Below are positions 40,401 through 52,600 of a stretch of 64,000 nucleotides of DNA, piece after piece (position 1 is the first letter of the stretch; each line of letters begins with the position of its first letter). This DNA is from Neoechinorhynchus agilis (taxonomy: Eukaryota > Animalia > Acanthocephala). The stretch is taken from positions 4,091,489 through 4,155,488 of the forward strand of contig CM121342.1 of assembly GCA_051530055.1 (NCBI GenBank). The letters are read 5' to 3'. The notes beneath the pieces are model-generated. The model saw only the letters and a list, made by a program, of their open reading frames with translations, did no database searches and was not told where the DNA came from. Both the position numbers and the translations under genes were made by a program.

Positions 40401-43400
40401 ACCGTCGCAATTGTGCTTAATGTGCGACTTCGCAATTACTTTATAATTGTAAAAGAAATTCGATGAGCATTGTCTACTCACCTTTGTCGTGTGTACGGAT
40501 AAAAAAAGAAGGAAATACCTTCGGATTATGTTGTTTTTCGGCGATAATACATCAAACTAATAGATTATTTCTGGATAGGAAAAAGAGAGAGTAAATGTCC
40601 ATCCACAATGGCCCCGACCAAATCAAAGCCATTAAGTAAATTCATTAGTCACTGTAGAGGACTATTAGGTCTAGTGCGTTTTAGTTCTCAAGATAACCAA
40701 AAGGTTTGTTTTTTTTTAAACAATTTTATCAAAGAATATTTGCTATTCAAAAATCATTGTCTTTGTACTCACCGATCATCATCATTATGTAGGCTGATAA
40801 AGACGATGAAGACAGTGATGGTAGAATAGTATCTTCGCTGGTATCTTCGACCGGTGTTGCAGTCAGTAATCCAACGCTGCGATTTATTGAAAAATCCGAG
40901 GCTCTAAACTACTCTAAGGACAGTAGTAGATCTTCATTGACTGAAGCCGTCGCTGAAACGACAACTGCGGCTTCAGCGAAGGAGGAAGAGCGGAATGTTG
41001 TTTTGGATGCCATTACAACTGAAGCTGGTGAATGCGAGATTCTCGAGGATGTTTCGCCTGAGAGCGCAATGCAAGAAATTGTGGATGTCAGGGAAGACGG
41101 CATCAGTCACGGAAATGAAGATACTGGATCATCATTGCAAGCGACGAATGCCATCATTAGTAGAAGCAGTCAGAATATATTAGAAACTGACGAAACAGCA
41201 GCAGCAGCAGCAATAGTGGTGGAATTTGTGGATGATATTGTTAGACGAGCGATTGAACAGAGCGTCAGAGTGCCTCAAAATGCTGAGACTCGTAGAGAAT
41301 CGGCCGTTACGACTCACGTTGCGGTGACTGTGGTAAAGCTTGTTGGTATCGAGAAGGGTCTGCTGCCTGAATATGTTGACTTTGATGCCAGTCTTTATCA
41401 TAGCCCCGATACGTATAGTCTCAAAAAAATATTTCGGATTGGAATGAGTGGCTACTTGCATAAAGCAAAGATTCTCTTGTTTGGGAGAATGACAGAGTCT
41501 TTGCTGTAGAGAATCGCGACTATTTGGTGCTTCATTTCAGCGACCGAGATCAACTTTGACCAGGAATATTAGTAGACCGATAGGTGGTGAAACCATTAAT
41601 AAGAAAGTAAGCATACAATTCACATGGAAATCCCTTCTAAAGGTTTGTATTAGAGTGCAATAGTCGAAACCACTACAAAAGATGGTGGTGAGGAATCTTC
41701 TGAGCATCGCCGTCGAATTGGCCTAATCGACTATCTGGACGAAAGACGGACTGAGGACATCACTCGGTGTATAACAAGAGCATTTTTGAACAAAGATGTT
41801 GTGTTTTTCCCCATCCAATTGGAGAGAATGATTAAAATAAAAAAGAAGTTCGAGTATATGGGAGTCCAACTCGATCCTTACGTCCACGAAGGAGTCAATG
41901 GATGTCAGATCATTGACATTAAACCAGACAGTACCGTTGCAAAGGATGGTCGACTATGTTTATACGATTATATTGTCGGTCTAAACAATGAGAGTATGCG
42001 AAAAATAAGTGCAGCTCAAGCAAAAAACATTCTAAGAAGAGCTTCATTAATCTTCGGCGAAGTAAGGTAAGTTTGTAAAAAAATATGTTGAAAATAATCT
42101 CCAAGATTTGGAGCAGGGTTGTTTATATATCCAACCGAGATACTGCTGTTTACGAACGGAATTTCCACAATGGTGCATTTAGCTTACAAGCCACTCAGAG
42201 GTATGATGAGAACGGTATTTGTAACGATCGAAACAACATTTAATCGAAAAATAGTTGCACGTCGTTAAATAAAGTCAAATACTCCGTGCCCATAAAGATT
42301 ACGCGGATCGATGATAGACCTTACAGTCGATTGGTTAAAAGTCAAGATGATCTTCAAGAAATGAGAGTCGATATAAAAGGGCAGGATATATGGGGTGATC
42401 CATATACCGTTATGATCGATCGGAATGAAGATGGAGCACTGGGAGTCAGTGTTGTGGGTTCGTTTTTCTTAATTTCCGAGCTAAAATGTTCAATGTGTTT
42501 TTTTGTAGGTCGGAAAAGAAAAACGATTAATGGGAAACCCGGCGTTTCCGTTATCGTGAAAAGAATATTTCCGGGCTCTCCGGCAGCGAAATTAGCTTCA
42601 CTTCGAGTTGGAGATCGTATCGTTGAGGTTTGTTGTATATGGGCGTTTAAATTGAAAATTTTTTTTTGAAGATAAACGGAGTTAATATTGAGAACATGGA
42701 ATTAGATGAAGTCGTCGCCATGTTACGGATTGCCTCATCGCCCGTTCAGCTCTCTATTCAACGATTTAAGACTGGTAAGGACGATGACCAATTGCCGAAA
42801 CAAGAAGAGAAGTTGCATGAAGAAAAGGTTGAATTGGAAGCGCCATTGCTTGAACAGAAAGTGTCTGATCGGCATATAAAGCGGAGTTTAGACATTCCTA
42901 GTGAAAAAACGAAACCAAGGGCTCGTGTTAAAAGTGCAATTGAATCTTTTCGTCCGACTCCGGTCGTTCAGCGTACTAATCGTTACGAAGATCTAGATGG
43001 AGACATAATAGAGATTATATTGGACAGAAGAGTAGATGAGACAAGGCTTGGGCTCTCATTGGTTGGAAATGTGCAGCCTAATTTGCCGGGGATCTTTATT
43101 TGTGATATAAATCCAAATTCGCCGGCTGGATTAAGTGGGAAATTTCATTTAGGGGATGAGCTTCTGGAGGTTTGTTTCTCATTTTAAGACGATGTTTCCA
43201 TAAATTGCCTATTAGGTAAATCGCAATGTGCTTTATGGTAAATGCCATGCAAATGCCACTCCAATTATAAAAGCAATGAAGGGTGAGCGGATTCGTTTTC
43301 TTATTCACAGGTAATGCTCTAAATTTTCTGAAACCCAATCTCACACATGAGTTTAGACATCCACTTGGAGTTGAGAGGATGGCTGCTAAAGTTCCAGCAC

Positions 43401-44852
43401 AGAAGGTTTGTGGAGAATGTCTTTTAAATTGTTTCTCGGGTGCTCACATTGTTGCAAGTGCGAAAATACAAAAGTGCTGAGCGCTACTCATATTATTGAG
43501 TCGCTTGTGTGGAGCAGAAGGCGTGAGTTGTCAGGCGCTGCTGGTGGTTAAAATTGACATTCGTTTTGAGCCGGTTTCAATAGGAAGTTAATAAGGGAAT
43601 AGGCGAGACAAATAGCATTTATACCCTTTCTCGGTTTCGAACGGGATGAAGTGCTCCTTGGTGATGTTTAAGCGAATTCGCAAGTTGTTTAAGGTTAATT
43701 TAGACACTCAAAAATTATAAAAATCTCATTGAAAGACCACGATTTTATTGTTGTTGTTGTTTAGGGGCCAGCTAGTCACACCGATGAGAAGTCTGATCAA
43801 AAACTCTCTGATAATGAGTCAGAACTACGTGGTGGTGGTGGTGGTGGTGGATGGGTGAGTTTTAACTCCTCAACCGCCGTTAGCGTACGTTGTTTTGTTT
43901 GCAGGGTCTAGGATTTGTCGAGTCGGGAGATTTAAAGACTGTTCAGATTCCAAATGATATTACAGGTATTTGATTCTAATTTCGTTGTGGTCAAAACTGC
44001 TTATTAATAGAATTGGAATCAGAGGATCCGAACGATCCACGAGTGAGGCCTATCGTTATTGGATCACCAAGTGTTATATTGATTGAAAATGAAAACGACG
44101 ATATGTATTTAGGGATCAGTCTCGTAGGTGGCGTTGGGACTCCAATGGGTGCAATATTGATCCATGATATCTTCGAAAACGGATCTGCACATAAAGACGG
44201 ACGACTGATGGTTGGTGACCAGATTTTAGAAGTTAACGGAGTTGATGTAACAAAGTGCTCGAGTGAAGAATGCATGGAGCTAATTAGAGAAAGCATCAGC
44301 ACAATAGAGCTTAAAGTAATTCGCGGCCCAAATGAAGTAAGTTCATTGGAAAACGAAGACAAACTGGAAAAGATCAGCGTTGAATTGATGAAAAAACAAA
44401 ATCGAGGACTTGGTCTTAGCATAACGAAGCTCCAAAGTGGAAGAGGCGCTTATATTTCAGGAATTATTGAAGGTGGATGTGCTGAGAAGGACGGTCGTCT
44501 TATACCGGGCGATGTACTTCTCGAAGTTAATGGACGGAAAATATCGAAACTTGCATATGATGACATTGTATATTTGTTGAAGACACTCCCTTATGGGAAA
44601 GTAAATTTGAACATTGGCCGATTAAAACCAAGCCTCAATTGCAATGAAAACGTGACCACGACCGGAGCATCCAACATTACGACCACCGACTCAAGTTCAT
44701 TTCATCCTGTAAATATGCTAAGAGCAGCAGCCAGCAGTATGAAACAGCGCCATTTACGGTCTCGCTCAGCTCCTAGCCAATTCACTAGACATTTGTCTAG
44801 TCGGCTACGAAGAAGGAAAACCACTAATGTGACTCTTTTACAAGATACATAA
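37471..44852 (+). CDS. MPDZ: Multiple PDZ domain protein (MPDZ/MUPP1-PATJ family), at least 9 PDZ domains, many short introns; 5' end unresolved
   Basis: Family-diagnostic motifs: LNTEWTEIEEIQL..GGRSTGVVVK (PDZ2); WKRIFGSNYDVL..GLRLEGTV..HY (PDZ4); GLGLSFLEYQD..PGDRL (PDZ5); AQAKNILRRASLI (PDZ6); LGLSLVGN..LYGKCHANA (PDZ8); GGVGTPMGAILIHDIFENG (PDZ10); KKQNRGLGLSI (PDZ11). GT-AG introns include 37756-37806, 37945-37989, 38230-38285 and 38383-38860. First unambiguous exon starts at 37807. Confidence 0.9.
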
Positions 44853-47027
44853 ACCTTCCATCGTTTTGTATTATCATTACTATAAATAAAACCAGGATGA
44901 AGTTTTAATCAATTGATTTTAGACATTAGGAATCGAAGGAAATTTATTAGAATTTTAGGTTTTTGAATCTAGTCGGCTACGAAGAAGGAAAACCATTAAT
45001 GTGACTCTTTTACTGGATATGTAAACCTTCCATCGTTTTGTATTATCATTACAATAAATAAAACCAGGATGAAGTTTTAATCAATTGATTTTAGACATTA
45101 GAATCGAAGGAACTTTATTAGAATTTAAGGTTTTTGAATCTAGTCGGCTACGAAGAAGGAAAACCATTAATGTGACTCTTTTACTGGATATTGTAAACCT
45201 TCCATCGTTTTGTATTTTCATTACTATAAATAAAACCAGGATGAAGTTTTAATCAATTGATTTTAGACACTAGGAATCGAAGGAACTTTATTAGAATTTA
45301 AGGTTTTTCAATCTAGTCGGCTACGAAGAAGGAAAACCATTAATGTGACTCTTTTACTGGATAATGTAAACCTTCCATCGTTTTGTACATTACTATAAAT
45401 AAAACCAGGATGAAGTTTTAATCAATTGATTTTAGACACTAAGAATCGAAGGAACTTTATTAGAATTTAAGGTTTTTGAATCTAGTCGGCTACGAAGAAG
45501 GAAAACCATTAATGTGACTCTTTTACTGGATAATGTAAACCTTCCATCGTTTTGTATTTTCATTACTATAAATAAAACCAGGATGAAGTTTTAATCAATT
45601 GATTTTAGACACTAAGAATCGAAGGAACTTTATTAGAATTTAAGGTTTTTGAATCTAGTCGGCTACGAAGAAGGAAAACCATTAATGTGACTCTTTTACT
45701 GGATATTGTAAACCTTCCATCGTTTTGTATTTTCATTACTATAAATAAAACCAGGATGAAGTTTTAATCAATTGATTTTAGACACTACGAATCGAAGGAA
45801 CTTTATTAGAATTTAAGGTTTTTGAATCTAGTCGGCTACGAAGAAGGAAAACCATTAATGTGACTCTTTTACTGGATATTGTAAACCTTCCATCGTTTTG
45901 TATTATCATTACTATAAATAAAACCAGGATGAAGTTTTAATCAATTGATTTTGGACACTAGGAATCGAAGGAACTTTATTAGAATTTAAGGTTTTTGAAT
46001 CTAGTCGGCTACGAAGAAGGAAAACCATTAATGTGACTCTTTTACTGGATATTGTAAACCTTCCATCGTTTTTATTTTCATTACTATAAATAAAACCAGG
46101 TAAAGTTTTAATCAATTGATTTTAGACACTAGAATCGAAGGAACTTTATTAGAATTTAAGGTTTTTGAATCTAGTCGGCTACGAAGAAGGAAAACCATTA
46201 ATGTGACTCTTTTACTGGATATTGTAAACCTTCCATCGTTTTGTATTATCATTACTATAAATAAAACCAGGATAAAGTTTTAATCAATTGATTTTAGACA
46301 CTAAGAATCGAAGGAACTTTATTAGAATTTAAGGTTTTTGAATCTAGTCGGCTACGAAGAAGGAAAACCATTAATGTGACTCTTTTACTGGATATTGTAA
46401 ACCTTCCATCGTTTTGTATTATCATTACTATAAATAAAACCAGGATGAAGTTTTAATCAATTGATTTTAGACACTAAGAATCGAAGGAACTTTATTAGAA
46501 TTTAAGGTTTTTGAATCTAGTCGGCTACGAAGAAGGAAAACCATTAATGTGACTCTTTTACTGGATATTGTAAACCTTCCATCGTTTTGTATTTTCATTA
46601 CTATAAATAAAACCAGGATAAAGTTTTAATCAATTGATTTTAGACACTAAGAATCGAAGGAACTTTATTAGAATTTAAGGTTTTTGAATCTAGTCGGCTA
46701 CGAAGAAGGAAAACCATTAATGTGACTCTTTTACTGGATATTGTAAACCTTCCATCGTTTTGTATTATTTAATAAAATAAAACCAGGATGAAGTTTTAAT
46801 CAATTGATTTTGGACACTAAGAATCGAAGGAACTTTATTAGAATTTAAGGTTTTTGAATCTAGTCGGCTACGAAGAAGGAAAACCATTAATGTGACTCTT
46901 TTACTGGATATTGTAAACCTTCCATCGTTTTGTATTTTCATTACTATAAATAAAACCAGGATAAAGTTTTAATCAATTGATTTTAGACATTAGGAATCGA
47001 AGGAACTTTATTAGAATTTAAGGTTTT
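44796..47027. repeat. Tandem array, ~172-bp unit, 13 copies; first copy overlaps the MPDZ stop codon
   Basis: tctagtcggctacgaagaagg at 44796, 44968, 45139, 45312, 45481, 45654, 45827, 46000, 46170, 46343, 46516, 46689 and 46859. Confidence 0.97.
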
Positions 47028-47436
47028 TAGTCTCCTCTTAGCAATGTGATCGAAATCCACTTTAATTATTAATCTTATTATTCAAAATGGGAATGAAACG
47101 ATAAAGACGTTTCATCGTTGTGTGAAAAGGCACTAATTGAAATTTTCAATTTTCGCCGTTCTCGATTTCTAGGATCAAAATGTAATCTCTGACGGCCGAG
47201 TTTTCATTGTCCATTTTAGTAAACAAATTTCGTGTGCTGTTGAGTAAACGTAGATTTTAAAGGAAGCAAAGAAATTTAGATTCTTACATTTTCATCTGTT
47301 ACATAAACGATTTTCCAAGCAGTTTAGAATTTAATTATCTGAGATATTTTACAGTGTTTCCGTGGCGGTATTTCGATCCACCAGCAAAACTTTTTTACAA
47401 ACACTCAATAAACTTATCTGTTTTTTGATGGTCACG

Positions 47437-47775
47437 ATATTTCGGTTTATTTTCAATTTCTTTGTAATATTCAATTCTACATTGAAGAACTTGAATAAGA
47501 GGTAGTTTTTTAAATTAAAAATATTTCTCATTATCAGAATATTTCGGTTTATTTTCAATTTCTTTGTAATATTCAATTCTACGTTGAAGAACTTGAATAA
47601 GAGGTATTTTTTAAATTAAAAATATTTCTCATTATCAGAATATTTCGGTTTATTTTCAATTTCTTTGTAATATTCAATTCTTCATTGAAGAACTTGAATA
47701 AGAGGTAGTTTTTTAAATTAAAAATATTTCTCATTATCAGAATATTTGGGTTTATTTTCATCTTCGTAATATTTA
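47437..47775. repeat. Short tandem array, ~102-bp unit, ~3.3 copies
   Basis: atatttcggtttattttc at 47437, 47539 and 47640, with a degenerate copy at 47742. Confidence 0.9.
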
Positions 47776-47920
47776 ATTGAAAAATTTGGTCTACACGTCT
47801 GAGTTGTTTTATTTATGGAGTTTGGTAAACAAGTTCGTGTTTTGTATGTCAAACGAAGGAAGCCAAGAAATTTGAATTTTAGGTTTTCTTTTTAATAAAG
47901 AATCACGATAAGGTGGTTTG

Positions 47921-49654
47921 ATGTTTTCGTCGCAACAATTTCCGTTTTACTCAGTTTCAGACGTTCTCTTCATTGCATTTATCCTTTCCGTTACAATGAA
48001 ACGAATCCTACTTTTGATTTTATTGTTATTAGTTTTCCACTTTGGAATTTCTTATTTCTATCGCTCAAACCGAACTATTAATAAATCCGTTTTTAAGCGT
48101 ATTGATAAAATACGTCTTTTTGAAGCGAAGACTTACTTGAAGAATGCTTCATTGAGTCCTAAAAAGGAATACAATTCACCTGAGGGACGCTACGTTGTTA
48201 TTATTGTATCGAGTAGGCGACAGAAAGTTCAATACCAATATCTAACTCAAACCATAGCATCGGCTCATAAATGCCTTTCAATGCTTCAAAAAATTAACTT
48301 TGAGATCTGGGTGGTCTTAGATGGTTCCGATGGCAATGAAGTACTCCAGGGACTGCCATCTCTACCATACAATGTAAATGAATGATCTCAAACGTCGCAG
48401 AATATAATCTCTTGGACCTCTAACGAATTGCGTTACTTTATTTTTAAAAAAATAATAATTTCTTTTTCGATTTAATATGTCCAGTTTAGAGCGTCTCTTT
48501 TTTAGAATCAGCAAACTAAGATTCGAAATGTTTTTAATAAAATTTTATTTACTAGGTGAATAATGACGGAAAAATTATAAGATTTTTTTTTGTTAAATCC
48601 GATATTGCGAAATTAATAATGATTATTGTTGAATTAGCGGACTTGATAAATTGTAAAGAAAGTGCTCTTGGTGATGAGAAGTTATAAGCAACCTAAGAAG
48701 GTTCTACAATTAATTTCTATTTCCCATAAAAGTCTTTTTTAAGCGCTGTCTCGAATGCTTTCAGTATATTCCATATCCATCAATTATTAAAATGGTTTCG
48801 AACTAAATAGGAAACGTTCAAACTGCATAATTATTTAAATCTTAAACACCGGATACCCGAAATTGAAATTTTTTTAGGAAGTTCTACAATTTGGTTTTTT
48901 TAAGGAGGATAAAATATAATTGCGGCCTTATGAGACCACTCATAAAAATTATGTTTCATTAAATATCTCGTCTGGATCCTTTTCATTACACAAAAAGGAA
49001 CTTCTTCTTTACATTGCGACTCTCCGTTTTGCTGCTTCAAAGATCGATAAACGCAAAACTGAAGCATTGTTGATATTGGAAGATGATGTTATATCGACTT
49101 TTTCAAATTGGATACACGTGAACCACCTCGTAATGAGAAGAAGGATCTTTGAAGAAAATCCAAATCTTATAATGGTACGATTATTTTATCCGGAAAAGTA
49201 TTGCAACTACTCAATGGAACTTCATTGCATACTTGAATTAATGGCTACTATAGTCCTTGTCGCTATGGTTCTATTCAAATACTTTGGAAAATATTTTTCA
49301 ACATTCATTGTGTTAATGATGGTTGATTTGTTTATTTTAACTGGTAGACCGAGGATGGAAAAACTAAGATATATTCATTCCGCTTTGTTGAGATTGAGAT
49401 TATCTCCAGGATGTTGCACACCAGCGATTCTAATGAGACCCGACTCAGGACTCATGTTGAAGTTAGCACATTTCATGAAGGATTCTATAAACTTAAGCAT
49501 TCCTAAGGATTTGGTAATCGACAAGTTTACTCAGCCTTGTTCAGGATCTTTAACCGTTGAACCAAATCTTTTCTACCACATTGGATATGTATCCACTCTT
49601 GGAACGATACGATCTTTGACTGAGTTTTTAAATAATCCGGCTCATATTTTTTAA
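47921..49654 (+). CDS. PGAP4: GPI-N-acetylgalactosamine transferase PGAP4/TMEM246 homolog; exons ~47921(or 47996)-48373 and ~48935-49654
   Basis: Ordered motifs match the PGAP4 family: TM-HFGISYFY, YVVIIVSSRRQ..YLTQ, LILEDD, RLFYPEK, GR..LR..PGCCTPAILM, KD, VEPNLFYHIGYVSTL. Donor gtaaat at 48374. Phase-0 acceptor at 48934 is tentative. Confidence 0.88.
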
Positions 49655-51691
49655 TAAAAAAATTGCAGTTGCGATTTAAACTCATTTCTAAACGGAACGA
49701 TACGATCTTTGACTGAGTTTTTTAATAATCCAGCTCATATTTTTTAATAAAAAAATTGCAGTTGTGATTTAAACTCATTTCTAAACGGAACGATACGATC
49801 TTTGACTGAGTTTTTAAATAATCCGGCTCATATTTTTTAATAAAAAAATTGCAGTTGCGATTTAAACTCATTTCTAAACGGAACGATCTTTGACTGAGTT
49901 TTTAAATAATCCGGCTCATATTTTTTAATAAAAAAATTGCAGTTGCGATTTAAACTCATTTCTAAACGGAACGATACGATCTTTGACTGAGTTTTTAAAT
50001 AATCCGGCTCATATTTTTTAATAAAAAAATTGCAGTTGCGATTTAAACTCATTTCTAAACGAACGATACGATCTTTGACTGATTTTTTAAATAATCCGGC
50101 TCATATTTTTTAATAAAAAAATTGCAGTTGCGATTTAAACTCATTTCTAAACGGAACGATCTTTGACTGAGTTTTTAAATAATCCGGCTCATATTTTTTA
50201 ATAAAAAAATTGCAGTTGCGATTTAAACTCATTTCTAAACGGAACGATCTTTGACTGAGTTTTTAAATAATCCGGCTCATATTTTTTAATAAAAAAATTG
50301 CAGTTGCGATTTAAACTCATTTCTAAACGGAACGATACGATCTTTGACTGAGTTTTTAAATAATCCGGCTCATATTTTTTAATAAAAAAATTGCAGTTGC
50401 GATTTAAACTCATTTCTAAACGGAACGATCTTTGACTGAGTTTTTAAATAATCCGGCTCATATTTTTTAATAAAAAAATTGCAGTTGCGATTTAAACTCA
50501 TTTCTAAACGGAACGATACGATCTTTGACTGAGTTTTTAAATAATCCGGCTCATATTTTTTAATAAAAAAATTGCAGTTGCGATTTAAACTCATTTCTAA
50601 ACGGAACGATCTTTGACTGAGTTTTTAAATAATCCGGCTCATATTTTTTAATAAAAAAATTGCAGTTGCGATTTAAACTCATTTCTAAACGGAACGATAC
50701 GATCTTTGACTGAGTTTTTAAATAATCCGGCTCATATTTTTTAATAAAAAAATTGCAGTTGCGATTTAAACTCATTTCTAAACGAACGATCTTTGACTGA
50801 GTTTTTAAATAATCCGGCTCATATTTTTTAATAAAAAAATTGCAGTTGCGATTTAAACTCATTTCTAAACGGAACGATACGATCTTTGACTGAGTTTTTA
50901 AATAATCCGGCTCATATTTTTTAATAAAAAATTGCAGTTGCGATTTAAACTCATTTCTAAACGGAACGATCTTTGACTGAGTTTTTAAATAATCCGGCTC
51001 ATATTTTTTAATAAAAAAATTGCAGTTGCGATTTAAACTCATTTCTAAACGGAACGATACGATCTTTGACTGAGTTTTTAAATAATCCGGCTCATATTTT
51101 TTAATAAAAAAATTGCAGTTGCGATTTAAACTCATTTCTAAACGAACGATACGATCTTTGACTGAGTTTTTAAATAATCCGGCTCATATTTTTTAATAAA
51201 AAAATTGCAGTTGCGATTTAAACTCATTTCTAAACGGAACGATCTTTGACTGAGTTTTTAAATAATCCGGCTCATATTTTTTAATAAAAAAATTGCAGTT
51301 GCGATTTAAACTCATTTCTAAACGGAACGATACGATCTTTGACTGAGTTTTTAAATAATCCGGCTCATATTTTTTAATAAAAAAATTGCAGTTGCGATTT
51401 AAACTCATTTCTAAACGACGAACGATCTTTGACTGAGTTTTTAAATAATCCGGCTCATATTTTTTAATAAAAAAATTGCAGTTGCGATTTAAACTCATTT
51501 CTAAACGGAACGATACGATCTTTGACTGAGTTTTTAAATAATCCGGCTCATATTTTTTAATAAAAAAATTGCAGTTGCGATTTAAACTCATTTCTAAACG
51601 GAACGATACGATCTTTGACTGAGTTTTTAAATAATCCGGCTCATATTTTTTAATAAAAAAATTGCAGTTGTGATTTAAACTCATTTCTAAA
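49601..51691. repeat. Tandem array of 93/88-bp units (~23 copies, 181-bp dimer); first copy overlaps the PGAP4 stop codon
   Basis: ggaacgat at 49601, 49694, 49787, 49880 and 49968. Identical spurious ORFs at 50198, 50379 and 50560 are offset by 181 bp. Confidence 0.97.
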
Positions 51692-52600
51692 CATAGATTT
51701 TTTTTGTCTAGATTGTTTGAATGGTTAATTTCTGACTTTTTATACTTTTAATTCTTAAGCCATAAACAAGGACTTGAAATATTAGTCAATTCGAGGGAAA
51801 ATCTCTATCGGAATGGTAAATTTTGACTTGTAATGAAAACAAGAGAAGGCGAGGTTTCCTCTCTTTCCAAATATTTCGCTAACAATAAAACGATTTTCAC
51901 CACAAGTTAAAACTTCTCAGTTACATATCTCGAATAATAAAAAAAGAACATCAAAATTAGATATTCATATCCTTAAGAACTACGAGTCTGAAAATCACAT
52001 TTCTTGAGTTTTCATTAAAAAGTAAAACTTGACAGTTAAACGCTTTCCGAGAACGACAGTTTGTTTCTTTACACAATGAAGCCGAACTCCAAAACGAATT
52101 AAAGTAGCGATAATCTTTCAAATTCAAGTCAAAAAAAGGGAACCTAATGAACGAACAGAAATTAATCTGATTTGTTTTCTAATATGAAATTGGAACGTCT
52201 TTAATCTTAAAGATTGTTCATGTTCAAAAAGTTAAGAAAGTCTTGCCGATATCCTCTATTTCACGAAAATTGATTAAATTATAAATGATTGATTTTTTGT
52301 AAATCGAAAGGTCGATGATTTAATGGAAATATGCATTCTCGGTCACATTCCTGATCGGAATTTCGGTTTGTTCAAATTAAAGGGCAAGTAAATTATCAGT
52401 TTGATGATTCTTAATAGCAACGCTTAAATCGATCAATGGAGCTTTTTAAACTTCCCTTAAAAGTTCAGCCATTTGCGATGATGACGGTTCGATGAAAAAG
52501 AAACTCAGCTGAATTGTAGAATTCTACTCATTTTCATTGTTCATTCTTGGTGGATGCCTTAAAGCGGAAATTCGTTCACTTATCCTTTAAGGGTTTTTTT

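Noticed and set aside
276-51684. Repeated ORFs within the 232-, 92-, 187-, 172-, 102- and 93/88-bp arrays
   Set aside because: They are translations of repeat monomers in shifting frames, with no domain content.
52150-52520. Minus-strand frame with few, mostly TAA, stops suggesting recoding or a pseudogene
   Set aside because: Real genes here end in TAA or TGA and long ORFs lack internal stops, so the standard code applies. No homology recognised.
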